From the human T2T-CHM13v2.0 reference genome, Homo sapiens, in NCBI RefSeq assembly GCF_009914755.1, contig NC_060926.1: 64,000 nt of DNA; one strand, given 5' to 3'. The notes under the pieces were generated by a model. It saw only the letters and a list, made by a program, of their open reading frames with translations, was not told the origin of the DNA and did no database searches. The position numbers were made by a program, and so were the translations under genes. Positions 23,431 through 44,920 of this stretch are shown here, piece after piece. Numbering within the stretch: the stretch's first letter is position 1; each line of letters starts with the position of its first letter.

Positions 23431-24148
23431 GACTCAGTGTTTCTCAAGGTACCTTTGGTCCCAAAAATTCATGTTTTATTTTATATCCAGAAAACTATCT
23501 TCAGTTATAGCTTTCTTTCATTGTTATGTTTCTTTTCTTTGGAGACTTCAATGATGCATATGTTAACTTCTGTCTATCTTCTATATCTCTCACTTTTTTT
23601 CTAATATTTTTCCTTCTTTTCCAAATTTGTTTTGGGTTCTCTTGGCTGTTTTAAATTTATTTTCAATGTTCCTTCTTGACTTTTAAGGCTAACCTATTTT
23701 CCCGTGGACATAATGTAATTTAGTTTCCATATCTCAAGATTATTTTGGCTTTTTCTTCTACTTCTTTCCTGAATTTCATCAGTTCTCATTTTATAGTTTT
23801 CTGCTTTGGGTCCATTTCTATTTTGAGTTTTTTAATGTCTGATTTTTGGTATTCTTTATAGCTACAGCTGCTTACTAAATGATATTTAATTCATATGAAG
23901 AGTACTGTTAGTTTTCCTCTGCTTTTTGGCTGTTGGATGGAATTGTGGTTGGTGGAAAGAATTTTCATTAGTTAAAATGGTTTTTAATTTTTTCTTGTAG
24001 TTACTTTATATGGATGTTGGTTGCTGTTCTGTTTAGTTCAAAATACCTCGGATCTGACCAGGTGTGGTGGCTCACACCTGTAATCCCAGCAATTTGGGAG
24101 ACCAAGGCAGGTGGATCAACTGAGGTCAGGAGTTCAAGAACAGCCTTA

Positions 24149-24418
<270 letters not shown>

Positions 24419-24799
24419 TCAGTGAGAATGACACTAAGTTTCAGACTTCAGGGCAATAGGAATGATGTCAGACTTCAATTACATTCCCCATGAAGAACCA
24501 GACAGCTAGAGTGTCGCTATGTACTTTTAAAAGATGACTGAGGATGGAGACAAGTGAGTTGGCAGACAGTGGCAACCTCTGGAAGACAGAATCTTCTCTG
24601 CTGGTTCCCAGGCTGCTGCTCCGAAAGTCCCAAAACACGCACCTGGCCTCTCCTGCATTCCCACTGGCTGCGCCTTGCTCCTGCCCAGAATGAAATCTGG
24701 CTCCTGACCACCAAGCAAGAAGCCACCAGCTGACCAAAATTTTTAATTAAAAAAAAAAAATTAGTTCAAGTGCCCACTGGGAGACAAAACTCTGAACCA

Positions 24800-26100
24800 A
24801 TGACCAATAGTTTCTTCCACAGCAGAATATCATTGCTGGTAACAATGGGTGTGGTATTTCTCAAATCATACCTAATGATTCTTCTCAAAATTTATACTTT
24901 GCTTTTCCTCAAACCAGCTGGTTTAGATATTTTAGTACAATGCTTTCACCAGAACCTACAACAATGGTTCCTATTAACTGAGAACTGAAATTGATGTGGT
25001 CTCCTCATGCCACAGGTCACATGTTGTTTGGTGACTGATTTTGACTCTCAGGAGGAAGTGGGGTTGCTGTTACACCACGGAGGCAAGAGGAGCAGTAATA
25101 GAACACAGGAGATCTCCTGAGGCACCTCATCACTCTCATGCCAGGGCACAAGTTGATGGCAATGTACTGTACCACCTACAGACAAACTACAGACAACCTA
25201 CCTACAGGCAACCTCCTCAAGAACAAAAGCTTGCTTAACCCAACCAGGCAAAGAATCCTGGCCAGCTGAGGGGTTGCGTGAAGGAAAGAGGGACCTGGAA
25301 TGGTTAGCGGAGAAGGAAAATTGTAAATGACAATAAAGCTTCATTACCAGTTACAAAAATGAAGATCGTAACCTCTAACACTATTTCCCTTCTTGCTGTA
25401 TTATATATAAATGGAGTTTTTAGCTATTGTCCTTTTCTTTCATTTCCTTTCTTTTCACAATTGTATCTAAAGTCTATCAGTGATGCTTAACTTTACAATT
25501 TAGTCTACACATTACAACGATGGGATGGGATGATGATGAAACTGAAAGGAAGAATGGAACATCACCTACAGAAGTTAGACTTGGGCCAAATACAGTAAAT
25601 GAGGAGATTTTGAGATGCCCTGCTTTGGGGAAGGGATAAGTAAATTTTGTTATAGGAGAGATGCTCGCATTTTGTTGGATGGCAGCATTTTCATTTACCT
25701 TTGAAAGCACTTCTGTGAATGTTGGGCAGCCTAAGAGACGGACTATAGTGAAGCAACTTTTGGCAACCCAGCGTCTCATTCTTCTTATTTGAGGGGAGGC
25801 CCCCACACACTGAGTCTTGGTATGAGGCTAGGCCTCCCAGACTAGAAGCCACAGTAGAAACCAGAACTCTCTTTGCCTATTGGCAATTAGAACACAGGCA
25901 CATAACCTAGACTAGGCCAAGTAAATGGTCCTTCCCAAAACTTGAATCTTAAGTGAGAAGAGTTGAAAAATAATTCATGTCACCACCAAAGGAGCTGGTA
26001 CGCACCCTAATCAGAGTACCAAAGCAGGATGGCTTAGCTGGTTCCTAACATTTCCAGGCCTGGTTCTCCAGCATTGCTGCTGCAAGGAGTATAACTACAG
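24800..26100 (+). mobile_element. Ancient ERVL-class internal 3' remnant plus LTR
   Basis: ggaagtggggttgctg...ccagctgagg...ggaatgg...accagttacaaaaatgaag resembles the ERVL-int 3' end; LTR-like sequence follows near 25745. Confidence 0.55.
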
Positions 26101-27479
26101 ACAGCTCTAGGCCTACTTTTCCCGCGCTCAGAAACACCAAAAGAAAGAGCCTCTTTCTCCCAGCCTCATTCTCTAAAATCCCCGACAAGGGCTCAGATCA
26201 TCTCAGGTTTGGTCATGTGCGCATCCCTGGGGAAATCTGAAAACAAGAGGAGGGAGACTACAGCTGGTCAGGCCTGGGTTCCACACCTCCCCTTCTCCAC
26301 ACCCATCCTGCCTTGGGAGACCGGAGAAGTGCGGTGCTAAAGAACCATCTGACCCAGCGGACTGCAGACAATTCCCCAAAGGAAAGTTTTCCCGTCAGGC
26401 AAAAACAAAAGCTGCTCACAACACAAAATTACAGAACATCAGAACCAAAAGGAACCTTGGGACTCCTTCATCCTATCCCCTCTCTTTATAGATGAGGAAA
26501 CCATACAGGATATGTACGCCTGTTTGGACTTTGTACAGTTCTCTGTCCAGCAGGGGTGACTTGGCTGTGGGATTAGGTGACTCCACTGGAGGTCTTCTGT
26601 GTATAGAAAAGATCAAGGGTCACAAACACAAATGCCTTCAGGTAGGCAGCAAATGTGTGAAGGCTGGCTGTTACTTAATGGACCAGTGGTGGTGGTGGGA
26701 TTCAAATTCTTATTAAAAAACAAAAGCAAACAAACAAAGAAAAGCTATGCGATGCCCAAATAAAACCATCTGTGGGCTAGCTGCTGCTGTTGTCCAAAGT
26801 TTGTGGCCCCTGGGTTAGACAAAACCTCTGAGCTGTCCTGACAGGTCTGGGAAAACCAAACAAGTCCTTGTCTCCTAAACTACCTGGGACTCAAGAGCTC
26901 TGTAGGAAAAAATTTGTACCCTGCACCCAGCTGGGGTTGACATTTACAGACGCCTGTTTTATGAACTGGGGAGATATTCAGTTGAAGCCAGATTGCTGAA
27001 AGTGCTGCTGAGAGAAAATCATCAGAAGGGAGGGCCTCTTCCCCACGCCACCCTGGTGGTAGTTCCTCTATGCCTCCGGATTCTGCTAAGCAGTAAAAGC
27101 TAAAGGGCAGTGTCATTAAGCTCCTAGGGGATGGGATGCAGTGGCTCACACCTGTAATTCCAGCACTTTGGGAGGCCGAGGCGGGAGGATCGTCTCAGTC
27201 CAGGAGTTCAAGCCCAGCCTGGGCAACACAGCAAGACCCCATCTTTGCAAAATAGATAGATAGATAGAGATGTATGAAAGTTACTAGGTCCCATGCTGGC
27301 AGGGGAGAGAGTGAGCACCCTGGCCTCCCACAAGCTGCCTCCCACTTCCCTCCGACTCCATCACCGATTTCCCATCAGAGCAGGCTGCTCAGAGTGGCTA
27401 AGTAGCTACCAGTTCATTTTCCACACCCTTCCCATTCTCCACGAGCCAGAGCTCCACCTCCCCCCAGAAGCTGTCTTCA

Positions 27480-28660
27480 ACCACCCGGCCTGGGGAGCTC
27501 CCCTCAGCACTGGCTCCCCGCCCCGCCTCGCAGCACCTGTTCGGGCCTCGGTCGCGCCGCCGGGTCTTGCAGACGCGAATGTAAACAGAAACACAGTGAA
27601 AGGCGTTCGGAGAGCCTCGTGACTGCGGCACGGCGGCGAGCCGGGAACATCAGTGCGTCCAAAGCAAAATGAACGAATGTACGCATGACTCCTGGAGCGA
27701 CCTTCACGAGGGAAAGCGCGCCCCCCGGCACCCACCCCTAAGCGCCCCAAAATGACCAGCCTTTACACAACCCAGCTCGCAGGCGAAGCTGAGGTCGGAG
27801 CTCCAAAAGCGAGGGAGGACAGCCGCTGAAGAAGTCCCGGCTTCCCATAGGCCAGGACGAAGTAGGGGGCGGGCTCATCTTGCAGGAGCGTCCACGTATT
27901 GGTGGAGCCGCGGACTTAGAGCTGCGATTCGCTGCGCGAAATTGCCGAAAGCCCTCCCGCGGAGGGAGAAGGGGCGGGAAGAAGGGCGTGGTCAGCGCGG
28001 CCGAAGGGCGTGGTTGGCGCTCGGTCCTGCCCTGCGCGTTTTGGGCTGCGGTTGGAGGGCCGCAGTTGCAGTCAGGGTCCGCCAGCTCGGGGCCAGCGCA
28101 TGGGGCTGCTGAGACCGCTCCGGACGTGCGAAGCGTTCGCGGTGCGGTAGGTAGGCAGTGTCCCGCGTGCGGGTGCTGGTGTCGGGGGTGCCCGCGGCGC
28201 TGGGGGCGGTGGCCCGGGCTAGATCCGCGCGCGCGGCCCGGCCCCCTCCCCCGCGTCTCTTCGGTGCCTGCGGGGCCCTTGCGGTGCGGGCCGTCTGGCC
28301 TCGCGTCCCCGCCGGCAAGGGCACAAAGGCTCCCTGGGGGGCGGGGGCGCCTCGTGCCTTCGCCTCCATCTTGCGAGCGGAACGGCGTGTGCTGTGGCGG
28401 CCGAGGGGTCGGGGCCGAGGCGGGCGGCTGGGCTTGGGAATGCCCGGGCGCGGCGAGGGAGCGCGCGAGTCCGCGCATCTGGCGGCCGAGCAGCTGCGCC
28501 GCTGGTCGGCCTGGGCCCCGGGGGAGGTCACTTTCCCTCAGGCCTCTCCCGGGCGTGGGCTGTTTACCCAGCTCCCCAGTCGGGGCTAATGCAGCTCGGG
28601 CCTTTCCCCCTGGAAAGATGGAGACCAGTGATGTCTTCTTATCGCCGTGGATGCAGCAGC
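27480..28660. promoter_or_regulatory. CEP68: CpG island / CEP68 promoter
   Basis: Very GC- and CpG-rich stretch. Contains a GC box near 27865, inverted CCAAT 27898-27902, E2F-type GCGCGAAA 27934-27941 and GGGGCGGGAA 27971-27980. It is the only CpG island upstream of the CEP68 coding exons. Confidence 0.9.
28050..28150 (+). other. CEP68: CEP68 non-coding exon 1 (start approximate; tandem donors after 28146 or 28150)
   Basis: Sequence GCG|GTAG|GTAGGC inside the CpG island. Exon 2 begins with an acceptor upstream of its ATG, so an upstream 5'UTR exon is required. The TSS is not directly visible. Confidence 0.7.
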
Positions 28661-29379
28661 GCCCAGATGCGGAGAGAAAAAATCAAGATGTCTCATTTTT
28701 TTTGCCTCGGAGGGCTACCCTTTCTAACTGTCTTCACTAGAACAGTTCTCAGCAGCCTGGGGACGAATGTCCAAAACCTGTTCCAGGCCCTTGATGATTA
28801 GTAGGTTGGGTTTAGTGTATTGTTTGTAACAAAAATGAGCGGAAGCCTGCCAGGGCAGATTGGACCTCACTGGGAATTCATCAGGACCACGAAGGGAGGT
28901 AGCGTTTGTAAATAATCTAACAGTTCTCAGATCTAGGGTATGAAGAGTGTTGTGTTAAAGTGTGTAACAAAGGTTGTTGGGTCAGTTTGCCTTGGGTTTA
29001 GTTGAAAGATCTAGAAGTCACCACTTTTTACTTTGTTCCCTCCATTCCCCTTTCCCACCCTCTGTTGAGTCAATTCTGGCCCACTTAGAAAACAACAACA
29101 ACAAAAAACCCAAGGAATTCAGTTCAACCTCTTTTGCGCAAAGCTTTTTAAAGCACTTCCCCACCCTGCGACTGATAACTCCTCCCTTTTTTGGGCTACC
29201 TTCTGCAGCCTCTGTTTTTACTCATCACACTGTATTGTGGTTTCCCCAGCCCCTAGCACAATGCTTGGAACATAAAAGGCACTCAATGATGGAAGGAAGC
29301 CAAAAGGAAACAAAATCAGCGTGGTAGTCTAAAGGTGACACAACAGAAACATTTATTTAACTTCTTGAGCGAGTTATTC

Positions 29380-29730
29380 TTACAGGTTAGGAAGGCAGCT
29401 AAGCTCAGGCTCTCTAAGTCAAACAGGCTTTAGCTCTGCCATGTTACTAACTCTGATTAATTTTTTTTTTAATGGTGATGGGGGTCTTGCCATGTTGTCC
29501 AGGCTGGTCTTGAACTCCTGGGCTCAAGCAATCCTCCTGCCTCTGCCTCCCAGAGTGCTGGGATTACAGGCGTGTCATTAAGTTATTTAACTTCTCCGTG
29601 CCTTGGTTTCCTCATCCTTAAAAATGGGAATAATAGTAGTACCTGTGTGGTGAGTTATTAGGATTAAATAAGATATTGATGTATAGTGCCTAATATAGTT
29701 CCTGGCACAAAGAAAATGATCAGTAGCTGT
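29380..29730. mobile_element. MIR with inserted Alu monomer
   Basis: aagttatttaacttctccgtgccttggtttcctcatc..aaaatgggaataatagta core. Confidence 0.7.
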
Positions 29731-30105
29731 TAGCTGTTAGCAGTCGTTAGGAGAAAAATAAATGGATACTTGAATACACTCACCAATATGAAATATCTGT
29801 ATAGTACTTGACCCTTCAGGATCTCTCTGTTTTTTGGTCCTTATCCGATCCCTTTTTTTGAGACAGGGTCTCACTCCATCACCCAGGCTGGAGTACAGTG
29901 GCATGATCTCAACTCACTGTGGCCTCAACCTCCTGGGGTCGAGTCCCTCTCACCTCAGCCTCCCAAGTAGCTGGGATCACAGGTGCACATCACCAGGCCC
30001 AGCTAATTTTCTATTTTGTTGTAGAGATGACGTCTCTCTATATTGCCCAGGCTTGTCTTGAACTCCTGGGCTCAAGCGATTACTGGCATGAGCCACGGTG
30101 CCTGA

Positions 30106-30445
<340 letters not shown>

Positions 30446-31349
30446 TGATTTTTAAACATCCCTTTAGCCTTTCCTGATTCTCTTTCCACAGTGAAAGTAT
30501 TCCGTAGAAGATTATCTGTTTATGTGTCTGGAGTCTCACCACCAACTAAAGATTGATTTGGTGCCAAATAGCAATTTGGCCAAGAGTTACAGTAGTACTT
30601 GATACATTCTTAACGGGGTCTGTTATCTGAAATGGTCATGTAAAATCAGAGGAGCTAAATAGATGGGGGCCTCATGTGGCTGACAAAAAATCTTTACCTG
30701 GTTGATCCATCCAGAAAGAAGCAGAGCTTATGGAGGTGGACTCTCCTTATAACTTAAATCTGTTCTCATGAAGAAACTGTCTCCTATCTTTAATGTTGTT
30801 CACCAACATCATGAAAAGCCCAAGAAATGTTCCTGTTGGCTTTAGACCTGTCTGCCAGCTAGAAGTGTCAGATACAACTCCTGGGGGACACTGCGTCACT
30901 TCCAGGTTTTCCTGCACCACTTTCTGGTTACAGGAAACAGGTTAAGTTGCACATTTCCTTGTAGCTGTAAGCTCCCTTGGCATATTGGTTTCTCTTAAAT
31001 TATTTCCAGTTTCCAAAACAAATACCTTTCCCCTCCTCACTTGTAACTGGCACAGGAGAAATTCAGGTCTGTGATTCTGTTTTTAACATAGCCATCATGA
31101 ATCTCAAATTCTTTCTAGGGAATACTATTATTTCTGGGGACTCCCTTTCAGCTGTGGTATTCTATAATTAGCCATTAAAAACCTGCCACAAGGTGTAAGC
31201 CTTTTCTAATGTCCTGTTGCAAAGGCCTTGAAGACAAGGGCCATAAATTTTCTTCTTGTGTGTGGCTGGCATATAGGCACCCAAGGAATGGTTGTAAAGC
31301 TATTTTAGTTGTTCCTTCTCAGGGTGCTGAAACAGCCTTACTTACCAAC

Positions 31350-31520
31350 CCAGTGCTTCTGAAACATTTTTCTTACCAAGTCATCTGGAGATATTGCTAA
31401 AATGCAGGTTCTCATTCCAAGGTTCTGGGGCAGGACCTGAGAATCTGCATTCCCAACGAGCTCTGAGGTGATGCAGATGCTGCTGGTGCTGGATCACACT
31501 TTGATAGTGAAGTGCTAACC
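31350..31520. mobile_element. MER5A-type hAT element (similar pieces at about 50-110, 1220-1350 and 5210-5335)
   Basis: aaatgcaggttc...gacctgagaatctgcattcccaacgagctc..aggtgatgc.gatgctgctgg. Confidence 0.65.
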
Positions 31521-32080
31521 CTAGTATCTACATTTGCTTTTTAGAAGTATTGGGTAAATGGGTTTTATTTTCTTATGGTATTGGAATAAAATCTTGGGTT
31601 TAGGAGCTTTTTTCTATTTTTTGTTTTAACAATTTCTCTATCTTGTTAAAAAAAAACTATTTGAGGAATTGTTCCAACATACTTTGATGTAATAAGATTT
31701 TTAATAACAGCAATTGAGGCACATGGAGTGAAAAAAAAATAGGAGAAAGTCAAGGAAGAAATTAGCACAAAAAGGCAAGTACCTCTCTGTCCTATGCCTT
31801 TTACTCAGGTGAGATTGTGTATTTGGCCCTGAGCTTTGTAGCAGCCAAAGCAAAGAGGGAAATTTTTTTTTTATCAGTTTTGCCAGTACTTATAAAGTGA
31901 AAATGTCTGCTGAATGGAGACAGCTGTTTCTGTTATTGAGGCCAGAGAATTCTCCCATGGCTTCTCCAAAGAGAATGCTATGGTACAGTGAGTGGCAATC
32001 TTAATAGTATCTCTTGAGAGCGGTAAGATTCTTCTCAGTCTTCATACGTGCAGCCTGATGACCTCACAAAAAAGTGTCAG

Positions 32081-40480
<8,400 letters not shown>

Positions 40481-41072
40481 AGAGAGGGTCCTGCCTCCTC
40501 TGCCAGGCAGAGCCAAGCATCTTGGAGGGCATTCTTCCAGTGCCCAGCTGAGGCCTGGGCATGCCCTGACTTGCTGTTCTCTAGGATAGAACAGTCAGAG
40601 CCAGGCCTGAGTTGCTTGCTGAGGGGACCGTTACGACAACAGAACCACTATGGGCCTGTGCACAGGAAGGGTCCCACCAGGCCTCTTACCCAGTGGGGTT
40701 GGGCTAAAAGGGCAAAAAGGTGACTTAGGCAGGACCCCAGCCTTGATTGGACTTTGGACCTGTGTTGACCCTCCTGGGTTTCTGCTGGTGGGGATGGCAC
40801 CATCCACCATGAAAGCAGAGGGGAAATGGTGTGCTTCTGTGTCCCCTTTGGAAAGGTCTGGGGCCAGGGAAAAGCCGGAACTCGGTGCTCCTCTGAGGAA
40901 GTAGTCACCATTTGTTTCCTTTTTTCTTTGACCAAAAATATGTTTGCCTTAATTGTTAAAGAGCAAGACTTCCTGAACACAGATGTAGAAGATTTATATT
41001 TTTCTCTCCCTTCCCCTGTTTTGTAGGAAGCTGAAGTCTTCAGCAGAACCCTGACCTAGGTAGGGAGTCTCA

Positions 41073-41429
41073 ATGGCCCTGGGTGAAGAAAAGGCAGAAG
41101 CGGAAGCATCTGAAGACACAAAGGCCCAGTCCTATGGGAGAGGGAGCTGCAGGGAGCGGGAGCTGGACATCCCAGGGCCCATGAGTGGGGAGCAGCCCCC
41201 ACGCCTGGAAGCTGAGGGAGGGCTCATCTCCCCTGTATGGGGGGCAGAAGGGATACCTGCCCCTACTTGCTGGATTGGGACTGACCCTGGCAGCCCCTCT
41301 AGAGCCCACCAGCCACAGGCCAGTGATGCCAACAGAGAGCCCGTAGCTGAGAGGTCTGAGCCTGCACTCAGTGGCCTGCCTCCTGCCACCATGGGGTCTG
41401 GAGACCTTCTGCTCTCCGGGGAAAGCCAG
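41073..41429 (+). CDS. CEP68: CEP68 exon 2, coding part (aa 1-119; exon starts 41027)
   Basis: Acceptor ttcccctgttttgtag|G at 41026/41027, ATG 41073 (MALGEEKAEAEASEDTKAQ...), donor CAG|GTAGGT at 41429/41430, phase 0. Confidence 0.95.
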
Positions 41430-43081
41430 GTAGGTACTAAGGCAAGACTGTAGATGGACCCATTGCTGTCCTTTGGGAGTTTGTTCAGGATTTCCTCACC
41501 ATCTTGCATCCTTTCCTTGCTACTGTGCAGGGTGAGGAATTGGAGGGGCCTGAGTATGATGATTTCTGTTTTGCGGGTTCAGCTAGAGAGCTGGGCCTCA
41601 GGACCGGCCGGGGGGACTGTCCACGGTTATCTCCTGTTCCTCAAGAGTGACTGGTGACTTTTTAAGGACCAGGGATTATAGGCCAAGAGGCTGCTGCCCA
41701 GAGGTCCAGGCCAGGGGAATTCTGGCAAGGAGAGCCCTGCCGTGTTTCTGACTTGGTGATTAAAGGCTTTAGGGGTACCCTGAAGAGACTTGGGAAAGGA
41801 GTGTCCAGGGCTTTGGGCTCCTGGGGGCTCTGAACCTAAATCCTCTTCAGACGCAAGGGACATGTCAGAACCTTGGAGCCCTGTAGTAGGCAGCACTGTC
41901 CCTGGTTAAGGAGAATTCCTTGGGCTTCTCTGACTGCCAGGCAGCTTCTCCTAGTGGGAGTCACATGGGGCAGGGAATCCTACCAGGTTCTGTGACTGCA
42001 GGCAAATCACCAGATCTTTCAGGCCCTCAGTATCATTGGGAGGTGACCGGAATGATCTGTTCTGCCCAGCTCTTACATTCTTTTCTGTTCTGCTTGCCAA
42101 GGCCTTTCCTGGGAATGGCTTTGATCTTCTCGGTGTCATTGTAGCCTTGGCTGCTGCAGGGTCCCCTTGTGGGGCTGCATCCTGTGAGGAGGCTCTGAGC
42201 GGGACTGGGAGAGAACAGAGGCTGGGCCCCACCTGCCTGGGAGCAAGGGGCAGTGGGAGGCTCTGGCACCTGTGAGTCAGAGATTCGGTGAGGCAGGAAG
42301 CGAATCATAAACAGACACAGAAATGGCCTTTCACGGGGATGAGTCCGGTGCTTATTATTAGAATTCCTGTTGTTCGTTAAGCTCTTACCATGTGCTTTGC
42401 ACACATGGGTGTATTTAATCCTTACCTTCTGAGGAGCTGGTGCTATGAGGGGAGGAAAGTGAGGCTCGAAGTCATACATCTGGAAGGTGGCAAAGTTAGG
42501 GGCTGGCCTCAGGTTTGTCTGGCTCCAAAACCCATGTCCTTCAACACTGTGCTGTCCTGCTTCCCTCGGGGGTGAGTTCTTCATCAAGCAGATAAAAAAT
42601 TCAGTGAAGAAGCTGAGATGAACCAGTCATTCTGCTAGTGTTCAGTTACCACTGGCGTGTGAACTGAGCAGGATGGGGTCTGGGGCGACCTCCTGGGTTT
42701 GGACGTGTCCTGTTAGCGACAGAGTGATTGAGGGTTTCATCTGCCAGGAGACGCTTCTCAGAGGTAAGGGACTGTATTCCAGCTTCAGCATGACAGAGCT
42801 GTCTGAGTTCTGCTTGCTCACACCCTGGATACCTGTGGAGGAAGGAAGAACCTTGGAGAGGACTGGAGATGGGAGTCATCTTGCTTCCCAGACAGGCAGG
42901 GTCTCAGTGCTGCTGCTGGCAGTGCATATTGCCTGGTTCTTGCCTCAGGCAGCAGACTTTGCATTTTAAGGTCTTTCCTAAATACTGTCTAGACCCACAA
43001 GGAAACTCCTGGGTTGTCATCTAAGAAAGAAATTGGGTTTGATTTTTACCCAAGTGCTTTTTGTCCCTTTGATCATTGCAG

Positions 43082-44608
43082 GTGGAGAAGACCAAGCTTT
43101 CTTCCTCCGAGGAGTTCCCTCAGACTCTGAGCCTTCCCAGAACAACAACTATTTGCTCAGGACATGATGCTGATACCGAAGATGATCCATCCCTAGCAGA
43201 TTTGCCCCAGGCACTGGACCTCAGCCAGCAGCCTCACAGCTCAGGTCTCTCTTGCCTGTCACAGTGGAAGTCCGTGCTGAGCCCAGGTTCCGCAGCTCAG
43301 CCTTCCAGCTGCAGCATCTCTGCTTCCTCCACGGGCAGCAGTCTCCAGGGTCACCAGGAGAGGGCGGAGCCTCGTGGTGGTTCTCTGGCCAAGGTCTCCT
43401 CCTCCCTGGAGCCGGTCGTCCCCCAGGAACCTTCCTCTGTGGTGGGGCTAGGACCTCGGCCCCAGTGGTCACCACAGCCTGTGTTCTCTGGGGGTGATGC
43501 TTCTGGGCTAGGCAGGAGACGCCTCTCCTTCCAGGCTGAGTACTGGGCCTGTGTGCTGCCAGATTCCCTGCCTCCATCACCCGACCGCCACTCCCCTCTC
43601 TGGAACCCAAATAAAGAGTATGAAGATCTGCTTGACTATACTTACCCACTGAGGCCCGGGCCTCAGCTCCCAAAGCACCTTGATAGCCGTGTGCCAGCTG
43701 ACCCTGTCCTGCAGGACTCCGGGGTAGACCTGGATAGCTTCTCTGTCTCTCCAGCAAGCACCCTCAAATCACCTACTAATGTCTCCCCCAACTGCCCACC
43801 AGCAGAGGCCACTGCCCTGCCATTTTCTGGGCCCAGAGAGCCAAGCCTTAAGCAGTGGCCCTCCAGAGTACCCCAGAAACAGGGTGGCATGGGCTTGGCA
43901 TCTTGGAGCCAACTTGCATCTACCCCCAGAGCCCCAGGCAGTAGGGATGCTCGTTGGGAGCGCAGAGAGCCAGCCCTGAGGGGTGCGAAGGACCGGCTGA
44001 CTATAGGCAAGCACCTTGATATGGGCTCTCCCCAGCTAAGGACACGGGACAGAGGGTGGCCCTCGCCCAGGCCAGAGAGGGAGAAGAGGACCAGCCAGAG
44101 TGCCCGGCGCCCTACCTGCACAGAGTCTAGGTGGAAATCAGAAGAGGAAGTGGAAAGTGATGACGAGTATCTTGCCCTCCCCGCTCGGCTGACACAGGTT
44201 TCTAGCCTGGTTTCGTATCTAGGATCCATTTCTACCTTGGTTACCCTGCCCACTGGGGATATCAAAGGGCAGAGCCCCTTGGAAGTGTCAGACAGTGATG
44301 GGCCAGCTTCCTTCCCTTCAAGCTCCAGCCAAAGCCAGCTTCCCCCTGGAGCTGCCCTCCAAGGATCTGGGGATCCTGAGGGCCAGAATCCCTGTTTCCT
44401 GCGCTCCTTCGTCCGTGCCCACGACTCCGCAGGGGAAGGCAGTCTGGGGAGCAGCCAGGCCCTCGGGGTCTCCTCTGGACTGCTGAAAACACGCCCCTCC
44501 TTGCCAGCTAGGTTGGACCGGTGGCCATTCTCAGACCCAGATGTTGAAGGGCAGCTTCCCAGGAAAGGAGGAGAACAGGGAAAAGAATCACTGGTGCAAT
44601 GTGTGAAG
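43082..44608 (+). CDS. CEP68: CEP68 exon 3 (aa 120-628)
   Basis: 1527-nt open exon within the 565-aa ORF. Acceptor ttgcag|GTG, donor AAG|GTAATG. Ser/Pro-rich, includes SFQAEYWACVLPDSLPPSPDRHSPLWNPNKEYEDLLDYTYPL. Confidence 0.95.
43715..43738 (+). other. CEP68: DSGVDLDS phosphodegron (D331-S338) of CEP68
   Basis: Translation places Ser332 at 43718-43720. This matches the known PLK1-phosphorylated, SCF-betaTrCP-recognised degron of CEP68. Confidence 0.85.
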
Positions 44609-44679
44609 GTAATGACACTCAACGTTAGGAAGCTTTGTGTACAGGTGTCTTGTCTCTTCCCCCAATCCACTAACATCAT

Positions 44680-44920
44680 AATAAAACATGTTCATGTTGA
44701 CCAGGCACTTTTTATGTGCCAGGCATTGTGCTGTACCTTATCTTATTCAGTCCTCACAACTTTTACCAGGTAAGCACTGTTCTCATTTTACTTTTTGGAG
44801 GAAAGAGCAGAGAGAGGTTAGGTAACGTGCCCACTTATAATTAGCAAGGGCTTGAGCCAAGAATGAGACCCAGGTAGACTATTTGCAGAGGCTGAGCTCT
44901 TAGCCACTACCCTTGGCTGC
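44680..44920. mobile_element. MIR
   Basis: atgtgccaggcattgtgct...cctcacaac...agagaggttaggtaac core. Confidence 0.65.

Noticed and set aside
27293-28801. Long Arg/Gly/Pro-rich ORFs (246, 286, 179 and 143 aa) on both strands
   Set aside because: Expected stop-codon depletion in a CpG island; several start at non-ATG codons and none has a recognisable domain.
43663-44679. 338-aa antisense ORF (and 178-aa ORF at 43221-43757)
   Set aside because: Shadow frames of the GC-rich CEP68 exon 3; no independent promoter or splice support seen.
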